This document shows positions 1 to 10,363 of a stretch of 64,000 nucleotides of DNA, one piece after another. Both the position numbers and the translations under genes were made by a program. The notes beneath the pieces are model-generated. The model searched no databases, was not told the origin of the DNA, and was given only the letters and a program-made list of their open reading frames with translations. This DNA comes from an uncultured Clostridia bacterium (GTDB lineage: Bacteria; Bacillota; Clostridia; TANB77; CAG-508), in the NCBI GenBank assembly GCA_963558405.1, contig CAUWGC010000008.1:20418-84417 (forward strand), read 5' to 3'. Numbering within the stretch: position 1 is the stretch's first letter; every line of letters begins with the position of its first letter.

Positions 1-2
1 TA

Positions 3-935
3 TTTAGAATATTTCCTAATAGGATTTATCAAGAAATAAATAAATATTTAATGTCAACAGATTCAAATATTGTAAGCAATTTAGAGGAAATTCGTTTTAG
101 AACTAATAGACCAATTATATTAAAAACTAGCTTAGCAGAATCTGTTTTAAATTATATAGTAACTAGTGAAGATATGATAGAAATTCTTAGTATCCTTTGC
201 GAAAATTCAATTTATTCATATCAAAGTCAAATTTGTAGTGGGTTTATAACAATTAAAGGAGGACATCGTGTAGGAATTGTAGGTAGTACAATTATAAAAG
301 AAGGAAAAATTACAAACATAAATTATATTTCAGGATTAAATTTTCGTATTGCAAGACAGGTGGTTGGATGTAGTAATAAATTATTAAAATATGTACTAGA
401 TATGGAAAATAATACAATTTTTAATACTTTGTTAGTATCTAGTCCTGGAAGTGGTAAAACAACTTTACTTAGAGATTTTATACGTAGAATTAGTAATGGA
501 ATAGAAGGTACAAGTTTTAAAGGTGTAACAGTAGGAGTGGTAGATGAAAGAGGAGAAATTGCAGCAATGTACAAAGGGATAGCTCAAAATGATTTGGGAT
601 TAAGGACAGATGTTTTAGATAATACCCCAAAAGCAATAGGAATGAATTTATTAATACGTTCAATGTCTCCAAATGTAATTGCAGCAGATGAAATTGGAAG
701 TAAAGATGATATAGAAGCAATTGAATATGCTGTTTGCTCTGGAATAAAAGGAATTTTTACAGCGCATGGCTCTAATATGGAAGATGTAAGAATCAATCCA
801 TCACTTGCAAAATTGTTAAATTCGGGTGTAATAGAAAGAATAGTCTTTTTATCAAACAACAAGCAAACAAGAGGAGATATAAGTAAAGTATATGGTTATA
901 ACAAAATGAATTCTATATACGAGATAATAAAATAA
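3..935 (+). CDS. spoIIIAA: Stage III sporulation protein AA (AAA ATPase); frame open from the window edge, so true start probably upstream
   Basis: GGHRVGIVG, Walker A SPGSGKTTLLRD, VVDERGEIAA, RSMSPNVIAADEIG; first gene of a spoIIIA-like cluster. Confidence 0.95.
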   Translation, partial: FRIFPNRIYQEINKYLMSTDSNIVSNLEEIRFRTNRPIILKTSLAESVLNYIVTSEDMIEILSILCENSIYSYQSQICSGFITIKGGHRVGIVGSTIIKEGKITNINYISGLNFRIARQVVGCSNKLLKYVLDMENNTIFNTLLVSSPGSGKTTLLRDFIRRISNGIEGTSFKGVTVGVVDERGEIAAMYKGIAQNDLGLRTDVLDNTPKAIGMNLLIRSMSPNVIAADEIGSKDDIEAIEYAVCSGIKGIFTAHGSNMEDVRINPSLAKLLNSGVIERIVFLSNNKQTRGDISKVYGYNKMNSIYEIIK

Positions 936-992
936 ATTTTAAGTTCTAAAATTGTACAAGCTAGCATATATATAAACAAAGGAGAAAATAAA

Positions 993-1502
993 ATGCAAAT
1001 ACTTAAATACATAATTTTATTTGTTATTTTTATATCAAGTTCAGGGATAGGAATTTTATATTCCAAAAAATACATAAATAGAGAAAAAGAACTAAAAGAA
1101 ATTAAAAATGCATTAACAATATTTAAAACAAAGTTATTATACACTTATGAGACTATTCCAGAAATTTTTAAAGAAATTGCACAAAAAGTAAATGCTCCCA
1201 TTTGCAGTATATTTAAGATGGCATCTGATAATATGCAAGAAATTTTAGCAAGTGATGCATGGATAGAAGCAATAAATCAAAGTGATAATAATTTAAATAA
1301 GGAAGATAAAAGAATAATAAAAGATTTTAGTAAATTACTAGGACAAACAGATGTAGAGGGACAAATTAGTAGTGTGGAATTAGTAATAAATTTTTTGGAC
1401 AAACAAATAGAAGAAGCAATAATAGAAAGAAAAAAAAGTGAAAAGTTATATAGAACTTTGGGTATGACATTTGGCTTAGGATTAGTTATTTTATTAATTT
1501 AA
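993..1502 (+). CDS. spoIIIAB: Stage III sporulation protein AB
   Basis: N- and C-terminal TM segments, LGQTDVEGQ, KLYRTLG; operon position. Confidence 0.93.
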   Translation: MQILKYIILFVIFISSSGIGILYSKKYINREKELKEIKNALTIFKTKLLYTYETIPEIFKEIAQKVNAPICSIFKMASDNMQEILASDAWIEAINQSDNNLNKEDKRIIKDFSKLLGQTDVEGQISSVELVINFLDKQIEEAIIERKKSEKLYRTLGMTFGLGLVILLI

Positions 1503-1526
1503 AATAAAGAAAAGGGGAGAAAACAA

Positions 1527-1721
1527 ATGGATATTAATTTACTGTTTAAAATAGCAGCTATTGGAATTTTAGTAGCAGTTCTTCATCAAGTACTAGTAAG
1601 AGCAGGTAGAGAAGATCAAGCAATGATGACAACTTTAGCTGGTTTAGTAATTGTTTTAACAATGGTAATTAAAGAAATAAGCGTATTGTTTAATACTGTA
1701 AGAACTATTTTCGGATTGTAG
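1527..1721 (+). CDS. spoIIIAC: Stage III sporulation protein AC
   Basis: MDINLLFKIAAIGILVAVLHQVL..AGREDQA, 64 aa. Confidence 0.96.
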   Translation: MDINLLFKIAAIGILVAVLHQVLVRAGREDQAMMTTLAGLVIVLTMVIKEISVLFNTVRTIFGL

Positions 1722-1729
1722 GTGAGAAA

Positions 1730-2116
1730 ATGGATATTGTAAAAATTATTGGCATTGGATTTATTGCTTTAATTATCATTATCCTACTAAAACAGTATAA
1801 ACCAGAGTTTAGCCTATATGTATCATTATTAGCAGGAGGACTTATACTTTTAATAAGTTTTGATAAATTATTTGGAATTATATCATTATTAAATAATTTG
1901 GCAAACAAAACAAGTCTTGGCGGAGAATTTTTAGGAATATTATTAAAAATAACTGGAATTGCAATACTAACAGAATTTGCAGTAAGTATTTGTAAAGATT
2001 CTGGAGAAAGCTCAATTGCTAATAAAATAGATATGGGAGGAAAAATATGCATGGTCGCAATATCAATTCCTGTAATTTCTGGATTATTAAATACCATAAT
2101 TGATATTCTTCCTTAA
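1730..2116 (+). CDS. spoIIIAD: Stage III sporulation protein AD
   Basis: LKITGIAILTEFAVSICKDSGESSIANKIDMGGK signature. Confidence 0.96.
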   Translation: MDIVKIIGIGFIALIIIILLKQYKPEFSLYVSLLAGGLILLISFDKLFGIISLLNNLANKTSLGGEFLGILLKITGIAILTEFAVSICKDSGESSIANKIDMGGKICMVAISIPVISGLLNTIIDILP

Positions 2117-2128
2117 AAGGAGCAAAAG

Positions 2129-3277
2129 ATGAGAGGAAAAATTGTAATTTTTTTTATACTATTTTTTCTTTTAATAGGACATGTTTCGTATGCACAATCG
2201 CAAGAGGATATTTTAGAAAGTCAGCAAAAATCTTTAAATATATCGGAGTTTACAAAAGAAGCAGAAAAGTATTCAAAAGAGGTGTTTCCAGACATAGATG
2301 TTGGAGAATTATTAAATTCTGCTATTAGTGGGAAAATAGATAATGAAAAAATATTAAATGGAGTTTTTAAATTATTAGGAATAGAAGTTAAAACATCTAT
2401 TACCGTACTTGGAAGTATTTTGGTAATAGTAATAATACATAGTATATTAAAAACCATTAGTGAACATACAGGAAATCAAAGCATTGGACAAGTTACTTAT
2501 TATATTCAATATATTTTAATTGTAGGATTAATAATGAGTAATTTTGCAAGTATTGTACAAATGACAAGAGAATCGGTAAATAATTTAGTTGGATTTAATT
2601 ATACACTTATTCCACTATTAATTACATTACTACTTACAACAGGAAGTATAGTAACAGTTGGAATGATAGAGCCCGTACTACTTTTTTTAATAACATTTAT
2701 AGGAAATCTTATTTCAAATGTAATTATCCCAATAGTACTTGCAGCAACAGTTTTAAGTATAGTATCTCAGCTTTCGGACAAGGTTCAAATAGATAAAATT
2801 GCAAAATTTTTTAAATCAAGTGTGGTCTGGGTACTAGGTATTGTTCTTACAATTTTTGTGGGAGTATTGTCATTAGAAGGAACTTTAAGTAGTTCAGTAG
2901 ATGGAATTACAGCAAAAACAACAAAAGCAGCTGTATCTAATTTTATTCCAGTAGTTGGAAAAGTATTAGGTGATGCAGTAGATACCGTTTTAGGATGTGC
3001 AAATATATTAAAAAATGCAGTAGGAATAGTTGGTGTAGTTATAATTATAAGTATATGTATACTGCCAATTTTAAAACTTGCTACACTTACAATATTTTAC
3101 CATTTAACAGCAGCACTTTGTCAGCCGATAGCAGATGGAAAAATAGTAAAATTATTAGAACAAATGGGAGATACTTTTAAAATACTTCTTGCAATTGTTT
3201 GTACTGTTTCTGTAATGCTTATTATTGGAGTAACAATAGTAATTAGGATTTCAAATAGCGGAATGATGTATAGGTAA
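2129..3277 (+). CDS. spoIIIAE: Stage III sporulation protein AE
   Basis: Multi-TM; NFIPVVGKVLGDAVDTV..KNAVG motif. Confidence 0.96.
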   Translation: MRGKIVIFFILFFLLIGHVSYAQSQEDILESQQKSLNISEFTKEAEKYSKEVFPDIDVGELLNSAISGKIDNEKILNGVFKLLGIEVKTSITVLGSILVIVIIHSILKTISEHTGNQSIGQVTYYIQYILIVGLIMSNFASIVQMTRESVNNLVGFNYTLIPLLITLLLTTGSIVTVGMIEPVLLFLITFIGNLISNVIIPIVLAATVLSIVSQLSDKVQIDKIAKFFKSSVVWVLGIVLTIFVGVLSLEGTLSSSVDGITAKTTKAAVSNFIPVVGKVLGDAVDTVLGCANILKNAVGIVGVVIIISICILPILKLATLTIFYHLTAALCQPIADGKIVKLLEQMGDTFKILLAIVCTVSVMLIIGVTIVIRISNSGMMYR

Positions 3278-3291
3278 AGAAGGGAAAAAGT

Positions 3292-3903
3292 ATGGTTGAA
3301 TTTTTAAATTCCTGGGTTCAAGGTATTGTGGTTGCAATTATTATTGCCACTGTAATCGAAATGCTAGTCCCAGAAGGAAATAATAAGAAGTATGTAAAAA
3401 TAATAATTGGTATATACATAATATTTACAATTGTTTCACCAGTTATAAGCAAACTTGGAAAAAAAGAAATTGACTTTACAAATTCAATAGATATTAGCAA
3501 ATATCAAAAAGAAATAAAAAAATATTCGGTAGATACAGATAAATTTCAAAAAGAGAGTGAAAAAAGTATTCAAGATGTTTATATAAATAATTTAAAAACA
3601 GATATGAAAAGTAAATTAGAAGAAAAAGGATATAAGGTAAATCAAATTCAAATTAGAACAGGTGCAGAAGGGGAATATATTGTAGAAGAAATAAGATTAC
3701 AGTTAGAAAAAAATCAAAAAGAAGAAATAGAACAAAAACAAAATACAGTACAAATAAATATAGTAAAAATAGAAATTAGTAAAGAAGAAACAAAAGAGGA
3801 TAAGCCCCAAAATAAATTAGAAGAAAAAGAGATAAAAAAAATAAAAACATATTTAACTAATGTATATGAAATTAAAGAAAAAAATATAAAAATAAATGAA
3901 TAA
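3292..3903 (+). CDS. spoIIIAF: Stage III sporulation protein AF
   Basis: IEMLVPEGNNKKYVKIIIG N-terminus; operon position. Confidence 0.93.
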   Translation: MVEFLNSWVQGIVVAIIIATVIEMLVPEGNNKKYVKIIIGIYIIFTIVSPVISKLGKKEIDFTNSIDISKYQKEIKKYSVDTDKFQKESEKSIQDVYINNLKTDMKSKLEEKGYKVNQIQIRTGAEGEYIVEEIRLQLEKNQKEEIEQKQNTVQINIVKIEISKEETKEDKPQNKLEEKEIKKIKTYLTNVYEIKEKNIKINE

Positions 3904-4543
3904 GGAGGTAAAAATGCTTAAAGAAAAAATGGAACAAGTTAAAGCTATGATAGTAAAAAGGACAGAAGGAAATACCAAAAAGACTATAGAGAATCTTATA
4001 GTGTTTGTGATTATACTAATAATTACTATTATTGCTATTAATGTAATTTGGAAGGAGGACAATAAAAAATCATCAGAAGAAGATGGTAGCAAAGTATTAG
4101 CAAATAATTCTTCTAATATCAAAAAAGATGAAGAACAAGAAAATTTACAAAATGAATTAGAAAGAAAACTAGAAACAATACTATCAAAAATAGAAGGTGC
4201 AGGAAAAGTAGATGTATTAATTACATATTCGGAAAGTAGCCAAATGATACCAATATATAACGAAAATAGCACAACAAGTAAAACCGAAGAAACAGATAAG
4301 CAAGGAGGAAACAGAAAAATAGAAGAAAATTCTACTCAAAAGGAGATTATATATAAAGAAAATTCTGGGGAGAAAGAACCTATAACACAAAAAGTAATTA
4401 GTCCTAAAGTAGAAGGTGCAATTGTTTTAGCAGAAGGTGCAAATGATATAAATGTAAAAACTAATATAGTGCAGGCAGTAGAAGCTGTAACTGGAATTGC
4501 TACTCACAAAATACAAGTGTTTACAAGTCAAAAGACAAATTAG
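3896..4543 (+). CDS. spoIIIAG: Stage III sporulation protein AG (start may be ATG 3914)
   Basis: LETILSKIEGAGKVDVLIT and PKVEGAIVLAEGA..HKIQV motifs. Confidence 0.94.
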   Translation: MNKEVKMLKEKMEQVKAMIVKRTEGNTKKTIENLIVFVIILIITIIAINVIWKEDNKKSSEEDGSKVLANNSSNIKKDEEQENLQNELERKLETILSKIEGAGKVDVLITYSESSQMIPIYNENSTTSKTEETDKQGGNRKIEENSTQKEIIYKENSGEKEPITQKVISPKVEGAIVLAEGANDINVKTNIVQAVEAVTGIATHKIQVFTSQKTN

Positions 4544-4561
4544 AAAAAAGGAGCGAAAAAA

Positions 4562-5218
4562 ATGAAAGTTTTAAAAAGAAATCAAATTGTTATTTTTGTA
4601 ATTGCATTAATGTTAGTAACAGCAGGATATCTAAATTACACTGCAAATAATGGATTTATTCCAGCAAGTTCAGGAGATATAACAGGAGAAGATTTGGAAA
4701 AAATAGCAGGAATTGGAGATGCAACATTAGTAAGTGGAAATATTACTGAAGACAATATTGTAGAAAATTCAGAACAAGTCAACAAGGAAGAAAAAGAAGC
4801 TAAACCACAAGAAGAAAGCACCAATAATACAGTAATAAACGAAACAATAGCGAGCAATACTAATACCACAAAAGATGACTATTTTGCAACATCAAAATTA
4901 GGAAGAGACACCATGTACTCACAAATGATAGAAAGCTATCAAAAAATATTAGAAAACGATGCTATTTCAGAAGCACAAAAAACAATAGCATCAGAAGAAA
5001 TAAAAAAAATAAACGAAACTCAAAATGCAATTATGATAGCAGAAAACTTAATAAAAACAAAAGGATTTGAAGACTGTGTAATACTAGTAAATGACAAAAG
5101 CATTAATATAATAGTAAAAGCAGATGCATTAGAACCAGAAAAAATAGCACAAATACAAAACATAGCATCAAGAGAACTAAAAGCGGAAATTTTTGATATA
5201 CATATTAGTAATAAATAG
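4562..5218 (+). CDS. spoIIIAH: Stage III sporulation protein AH
   Basis: N-terminal TM with AGYLNY, DYFATSKLGRD, ENLIKTKGFEDCV. Confidence 0.93.
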   Translation: MKVLKRNQIVIFVIALMLVTAGYLNYTANNGFIPASSGDITGEDLEKIAGIGDATLVSGNITEDNIVENSEQVNKEEKEAKPQEESTNNTVINETIASNTNTTKDDYFATSKLGRDTMYSQMIESYQKILENDAISEAQKTIASEEIKKINETQNAIMIAENLIKTKGFEDCVILVNDKSINIIVKADALEPEKIAQIQNIASRELKAEIFDIHISNK

Positions 5219-5228
5219 TGTAAAGGAC

Positions 5229-5300
5229 AGTGTCAGTAGGGACGTACCTTTTTGACATCATTTTATTGTTATGTCAAAAAGGTACGTCCCTACTGACACT
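5229..5300. repeat. Perfect 30-bp inverted repeat with 12-nt loop; REP-like palindrome family copy 1
   Basis: agtgtcagtagggacgtacctttttgacat (5229-5258) / atgtcaaaaaggtacgtccctactgacact (5271-5300). Confidence 0.9.
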
Positions 5301-5391
5301 TTTCACTACAAAAATTGTTAAAAAATTAAAATTTAATGTAGCCTGTCTTTTTTGCGTATGTTTAGTGCCTGATACAAGTTAGAGGTGGGCC

Positions 5392-5520
5392 GGAATAAAT
5401 AATAATTTTTTTATATTTTTATGAATCCCCATTTAAGAAAATGTAATTCACTTCGTTCAAACATTTTCTAAAACGGTCCCCACAATTTTCAAAAAATATA
5501 AAAAAATTATTATTTATTCC
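5392..5520. repeat. Long nested inverted repeat (MITE-like or structured RNA)
   Basis: 29-bp arms ggaataaataataatttttttatattttt / aaaaatataaaaaaattattatttattcc with an inner agaaaatgt/acattttct stem. Confidence 0.7.
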
Positions 5521-5662
5521 AGCTTAAAATTGGGATGTAAATTTATAAAAAAATTGTTGAATTTGAACTATAGTTCATTCAAAAAGATTAAAATATAGTA
5601 TAAAATGAACGAGGTAGGGAAAGATAAAGTAAAAACCTGAATAAGAAAGCGGAGGAAAAAGT

Positions 5663-6944
5663 ATGAAAAGAAAAAATGAAGGTATAACACTAGTTGCACT
5701 AATTATAACAATAATAGTGTTAATAATATTAGCAGGAGTAACACTAAGTATGGTAGTAGGTGATAATGGAATTATCACAAAAGCAAAGGAAGCAAAGCAA
5801 AACATGTCAAATGCGACAAGCGAAGAAAAAGAATTGTTGCAAAATATGTTAAATGAGATGAATGAAGTAGAAAGTGGTATTGGAGGAGGAGAAATAGACC
5901 CACCAGGACCAACATTGCCAGAAGGATGGAATAAGGATAAAGTGGTAGATGTAGTAGAAGAAGGAGATAAAAAAGCACCAATTCCAAAAGGATATGTTGT
6001 ATCAAAAGCAGATGGAGAAAAGTCAATAAGTGGTGGTTTAGTAATATATGAAGGTACAGAAGATGTAATAAACGATAATGTGGTAGAAGCCCAAAAAACA
6101 AGAAATCAATATGTGTGGATTCCAGTAGATGAAATAAATGATATGGTGATGTGTAAAAGTAAGACTGCTGATAGCCAGTGTAATATAATAAAAGTAGATG
6201 ATGTTGGTTCACCAAATGGATTTTATTTAAAATGTCAGACCCATAATTCAGAAGACCTTGCAGGAAAGATATACGATACAACTAAAACTGCTGGTAGTTC
6301 AGGAGTACCATACACATATACAATGGACTTTTCGCAAACTAATCAAAGTTACAGTGCAAATAGAAAAGAGCCTGCCGTAGTAGGTGGTGACGAAGGACAA
6401 CAAGTAACATTAAATCAAATGAATAAAGATTTTGTAGAAATGGTAAAAAGCGTATATGTTTATGGTGGTTTCTATTTAGGTAGATACGAGATAGGTGTAG
6501 GAGGAACTACTAAGAAAGAACAAACTGTATTACGTAATGATTCAGAAGCAAATAATTGGTATGGATTATATAAGACAATAAGACATAAAGCAACTGCAGA
6601 TGAAGTTGTGAATAAAGATATGATATGGCGGAAGCCAATATGACCAAGTTATCAAATTTTTAGGAGAACAAGCACAGACTGCTCATAAAGATAGACAGCC
6701 TACATCACCACAGCAATCAGGAAAAACAACAGACGTAATGAAAAACATCTATGATTTAGAAGGTAATTTTTATGAATGGACACAAGAAGCGAGCAACACT
6801 TCCCTTCGTACTAGTCGTGGAGGCAGTTACTACAGTGCAAGCAAAAGCGTTTGGTACCCTGCGTCCAATTGGTTCAGCATCCGCTATCCGACCAGTACCG
6901 ATGGTGATTATTCCAGTCGCCCAGCACTTTATGTAACGCTGTAA
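5663..6944 (+). CDS. Type IV pilin-like N-terminus plus FGE-sulfatase/C-type-lectin-like C-terminal domain; one gene read through a +1 shift at CGG 6629
   Basis: GITLVALIITIIVLIILAGV leader; skipping C6629 gives MIW-GSQYDQVIKFL and joins ORF 6738-6944 (NIYDLEGNFYEWT..RGG..SSRPALYV). Confidence 0.85.
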
Positions 6945-7110
6945 AAGCTGGTAGCGATACAATAGAACGAACTCGTGTTCAAGTTAATAGAATAATTGAA
7001 TAAGTCGCATATTACTTAGCGAACAAAGTACACTAATGTGGAAAATTTAATATTGGAGCTTTTGAGCATACGTAAGTATGGGCAAAAGGTACAAGGGGAA
7101 ATTTGAGTGT

Positions 7111-7156
7111 AAAAACTGTGTAACTCAAAATTAAATTTGAGTTCACAGTTTTTTTA
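7111..7156 (+). terminator. Probable intrinsic terminator
   Basis: aaaaactgtg-taactcaaa...tttgagtt-cacagttttt hairpin with T tract. Confidence 0.6.
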
Positions 7157-7275
7157 TACTCATAGATAAATTAAAATTTACTCTTTTTTACTGAATTTTA
7201 ATAAAGTTATTGTATTTATTTTAATTTATGATATATAATAATAAAAGTAAAAACTAAGGAGGTAATTAAGTAATT

Positions 7276-8418
7276 ATGGTTAAAAAAGTAGCAATTTTAG
7301 CAAATGGTGGAGATGTTTCTGGGTTTAATGCAGTTATTCGTGCAATTGTAAAATCAGCAGAAAAAAATGATATTGAGTGTTATGGTTTTATTGATGGTTA
7401 TAGAGGTCTTTTAAATAATAATTATGTTAGATTATGTACCAATAATAGTGAAAAAGCTTCTGGTATTTTACCAAAGGGTGGTTCTATTATTGGTTCTTCT
7501 ACGAATGCAAATGTATTTAATTATCCAGTAGAGGAAAATGGACAAGTTGTATATAAAGATTTATCAAATATATGTGTTGATAATATAAAAAAAGATGGTT
7601 TTGATTGTTTATTTACACTAGGAGGAGATGGAACACAAAAATCAGCAAGAGATTTTTCTTTAAGAGGAATAAATGTAATAGGTGTTCCAAAAACAATTGA
7701 TAATGACGTTGCGTGTACAGATATAACATTTGGATATAACACAGCAGTATCTGTTGCAGCAGATGCTTTAGATAGACTTCATACAACAGGAGAGACACAT
7801 CATAGAATTATGGTATTAGAAGTAATGGGAAGATATGCAGGTTGGATTGCACTAGAATCTGCAATAGCAGGTGGTGCTGATATTGCGCTAATTCCTGAGA
7901 TACCATATGATATAAACTGTGCAGTAAGAAAAATTGAAGAAAGAAGAAAAATGGGAAAAGAATTTAGCATTGTAGTAGTAGCAGAAGGAGCATTTCCTAA
8001 AGGTGGAACTATTAGTGTAGAAAGTGTAAGACAAAATGGTAATGGAGTAGATAATAATAAGTTAGGTGGAGCAGGAAACAGAGTTGCTAAAGAACTAGAA
8101 AAACTAACAGGTTTAGAAGCAAGATGTACAGTATTAGGATATATGCAAAGAGGAGGATCTCCAACAGCATATGACCGTGTACTTTCTACAAAATATGGAG
8201 CAAAAGCAATGGAACTTGCAATGGAAGGAAAGTTTAATGTACTTACAGTAATAAAGAATGGAAAACTTGATGCTGTATCATTAGAAGATGTTGTAGGAGA
8301 AAACAAAGAAATAGGAGCTGTTTCAGGAAATACCAAAGAAAGTAACATTAGAAAAGTAACAATGGATCATGATTTAGTAAAAACAGCAAAAAGTATAGGA
8401 ATTTGTTTGGGAGAATAA
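7276..8418 (+). CDS. pfkA: 6-phosphofructokinase (GGDG/PKTIDND, probably ATP-dependent)
   Basis: GGDVSGFNAVIR, LGGDGT, VPKTIDND, EVMGRYAGWIA, LGYMQRGGSP. Confidence 0.93.
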   Translation: MVKKVAILANGGDVSGFNAVIRAIVKSAEKNDIECYGFIDGYRGLLNNNYVRLCTNNSEKASGILPKGGSIIGSSTNANVFNYPVEENGQVVYKDLSNICVDNIKKDGFDCLFTLGGDGTQKSARDFSLRGINVIGVPKTIDNDVACTDITFGYNTAVSVAADALDRLHTTGETHHRIMVLEVMGRYAGWIALESAIAGGADIALIPEIPYDINCAVRKIEERRKMGKEFSIVVVAEGAFPKGGTISVESVRQNGNGVDNNKLGGAGNRVAKELEKLTGLEARCTVLGYMQRGGSPTAYDRVLSTKYGAKAMELAMEGKFNVLTVIKNGKLDAVSLEDVVGENKEIGAVSGNTKESNIRKVTMDHDLVKTAKSIGICLGE

Positions 8419-8459
8419 AACTAAGCACAGATATATGATAATAGACGATAGAGAGAGCC

Positions 8460-8488
8460 TTGACAAACACAATACAATCCATTATAAT
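8460..8488 (+). promoter_or_regulatory. Consensus sigma-A promoter upstream of argS
   Basis: TTGACA-17 nt-TATAAT (8460-8465, 8483-8488). Confidence 0.8.
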
Positions 8489-8544
8489 AATTCTGTAAAA
8501 CGTTGATTAAGAGAGTATTCAATAAAAATTGTCAAAATATATTT

Positions 8545-8577
8545 ACGTCTCTGGATATGTTTCCAGAGACGTTTTTT
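8545..8577 (+). terminator. Terminator/attenuator hairpin in the argS leader
   Basis: acgtctctgga-tatgtt-tccagagacgt followed by a T run, between the promoter and argS. Confidence 0.75.
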
Positions 8578-8631
8578 GAGTTACAGTATTAATAATAACT
8601 TTAAAATATAAAAGATAAGGAGTGTATAAAA

Positions 8632-10338
8632 ATGTTAAATTTTAAACAAGAGATAGCGAGTTATATTGCAAAAGTTGTAGAAATGGATTCAAAAGAAATA
8701 CAAGATTTTATCGAAATACCAAAGGACACAAAATTAGGTGATTATGCTTTTCCATGTTTTCGTTTGGCTAAAGCTTTAAAAAAGGCACCTCCTGCTATTG
8801 CAAGTGAATTAAAGGAAAAAATTATAGTAAATCCAGATATTATAGAAAAAGTAGAAATAGTAGGTGGATATTTAAACTTTTATCAAAATAAAAAATGCTT
8901 AGTAAAAGAAGTTTTAAACGAAATATCAGACAAAAAAGAAAATTATGGTAAACTAAAAATAGGCGAAGGAAAAAATATTGTAATAGATTATTCTTCTCCC
9001 AATATTGCTAAACCTTTTCATATAGGACATTTGCGTTCTACTGTAATTGGAGGGGCTTTATATAATATATATAATTTTTTGGGTTATCATTCTGTTGGTG
9101 TTAACCATTTAGGCGATTGGGGAACACAGTTTGGTAAATTGATAGAAGGTTACAAAAGATGGGGAACAGAATATGATGTGGAAGCAAACCCTATTGATGA
9201 GTTAACAAAAATATATATTCGTATCAACGAAGCTTGCAAAGAAGACGAGTCTATTTTAGAAGAATGTCGTAATAATTTTAAAAAGCTAGAAGATGGAGAT
9301 AGTTATTGTGTTGAACTTTGGGAAAAGTTTAGAAATTTAAGTTTAAAAGAGTTTGAAAAAGTATATGATTTACTAGGTTCAAAATTTGATTCTTGGAATG
9401 GTGAAGCTTTTTATTCTGATAAAATGCCAGAGGTAGTAGATATATTAGAGAAAAGTGGTAAACTTGTAGAATCAGAGGGGGCACAAATAATAGAGCTAGA
9501 AGATGCAGAAGCTCCATGCTTAATTAGAAAAAGTAATGGCTCTACAACATATGCAACAAGAGATTTGGCAGCTATTTTATATCGTGCAAGAACATATGAT
9601 TTTGCAAAAGCTATTTACGTAACTTCTTATGAGCAAATTTTACATTTTAAACAAGTATTTGAAGTAGCTAAATTGTTAGGTCTAGATAAAAAATATACAG
9701 ATAATTTAATACATGTTCCTTTTGGGATGGTACATTTAAAAACAGGTAAAATGTCAACAAGAGAAGGTAATATTATAAAGTTAGAAGAATTATTATCTGA
9801 ATCAATTGCAAGGTCAAAAGCTATAATAGAGGAAAAAAATCCAGATTTAGAAAACAAAGAGGAAGTAGCTAAAAAAGTAGGTATAGGGGCAGTTATTTTT
9901 AATGATTTATCTAATAGTAGAATTAAAGATGAAATTTTTGACTGGGATATTATTTTAAACTTTAATGGAGAAAGTGGACCATACATTCAATATATTTATG
10001 TAAGAACAAAAAGTGTATTAGAAAAAGCTGGATATGTTCCTAAAATAGAAGATGTAAATTTTGATATATTAACAGATGAAGCTTCTATTAAAGTATTAAA
10101 ACTTTTATATTCTTTTAGTGATACAGTAATGCAATCAGCAGATAAAAATGAACCATCTGTAATATCACACTTTTTAATAGAACTTGCAAAAGCATATAGT
10201 ATATTTTACAGTGAAAACCGTATTATGGGAGAGGAAAAAGAAAAGCAAGATGCAAGATTATATTTAACTTATGCTACAGGAATAGTTCTAGAACAAGGAG
10301 CTAATTTATTAGGTATTAAAATGCCAGAAAAAATGTAA
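8632..10338 (+). CDS. argS: Arginine--tRNA ligase
   Basis: DYSSPNIAKPFHIGHLRS, NHLGDWGTQFG, KMSTREG, GPYIQY, LLGIKMPEKM. Confidence 0.98.
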   Translation: MLNFKQEIASYIAKVVEMDSKEIQDFIEIPKDTKLGDYAFPCFRLAKALKKAPPAIASELKEKIIVNPDIIEKVEIVGGYLNFYQNKKCLVKEVLNEISDKKENYGKLKIGEGKNIVIDYSSPNIAKPFHIGHLRSTVIGGALYNIYNFLGYHSVGVNHLGDWGTQFGKLIEGYKRWGTEYDVEANPIDELTKIYIRINEACKEDESILEECRNNFKKLEDGDSYCVELWEKFRNLSLKEFEKVYDLLGSKFDSWNGEAFYSDKMPEVVDILEKSGKLVESEGAQIIELEDAEAPCLIRKSNGSTTYATRDLAAILYRARTYDFAKAIYVTSYEQILHFKQVFEVAKLLGLDKKYTDNLIHVPFGMVHLKTGKMSTREGNIIKLEELLSESIARSKAIIEEKNPDLENKEEVAKKVGIGAVIFNDLSNSRIKDEIFDWDIILNFNGESGPYIQYIYVRTKSVLEKAGYVPKIEDVNFDILTDEASIKVLKLLYSFSDTVMQSADKNEPSVISHFLIELAKAYSIFYSENRIMGEEKEKQDARLYLTYATGIVLEQGANLLGIKMPEKM

Positions 10339-10363
10339 TGATAAATTAAAAATAGAAGTAGAA

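Noticed and set aside
6790-6944. Tail of the 5663 gene as a second target of the TR at 63064
   Set aside because: The sequences do not align beyond the generic RGG codons, so a different TR would be needed.
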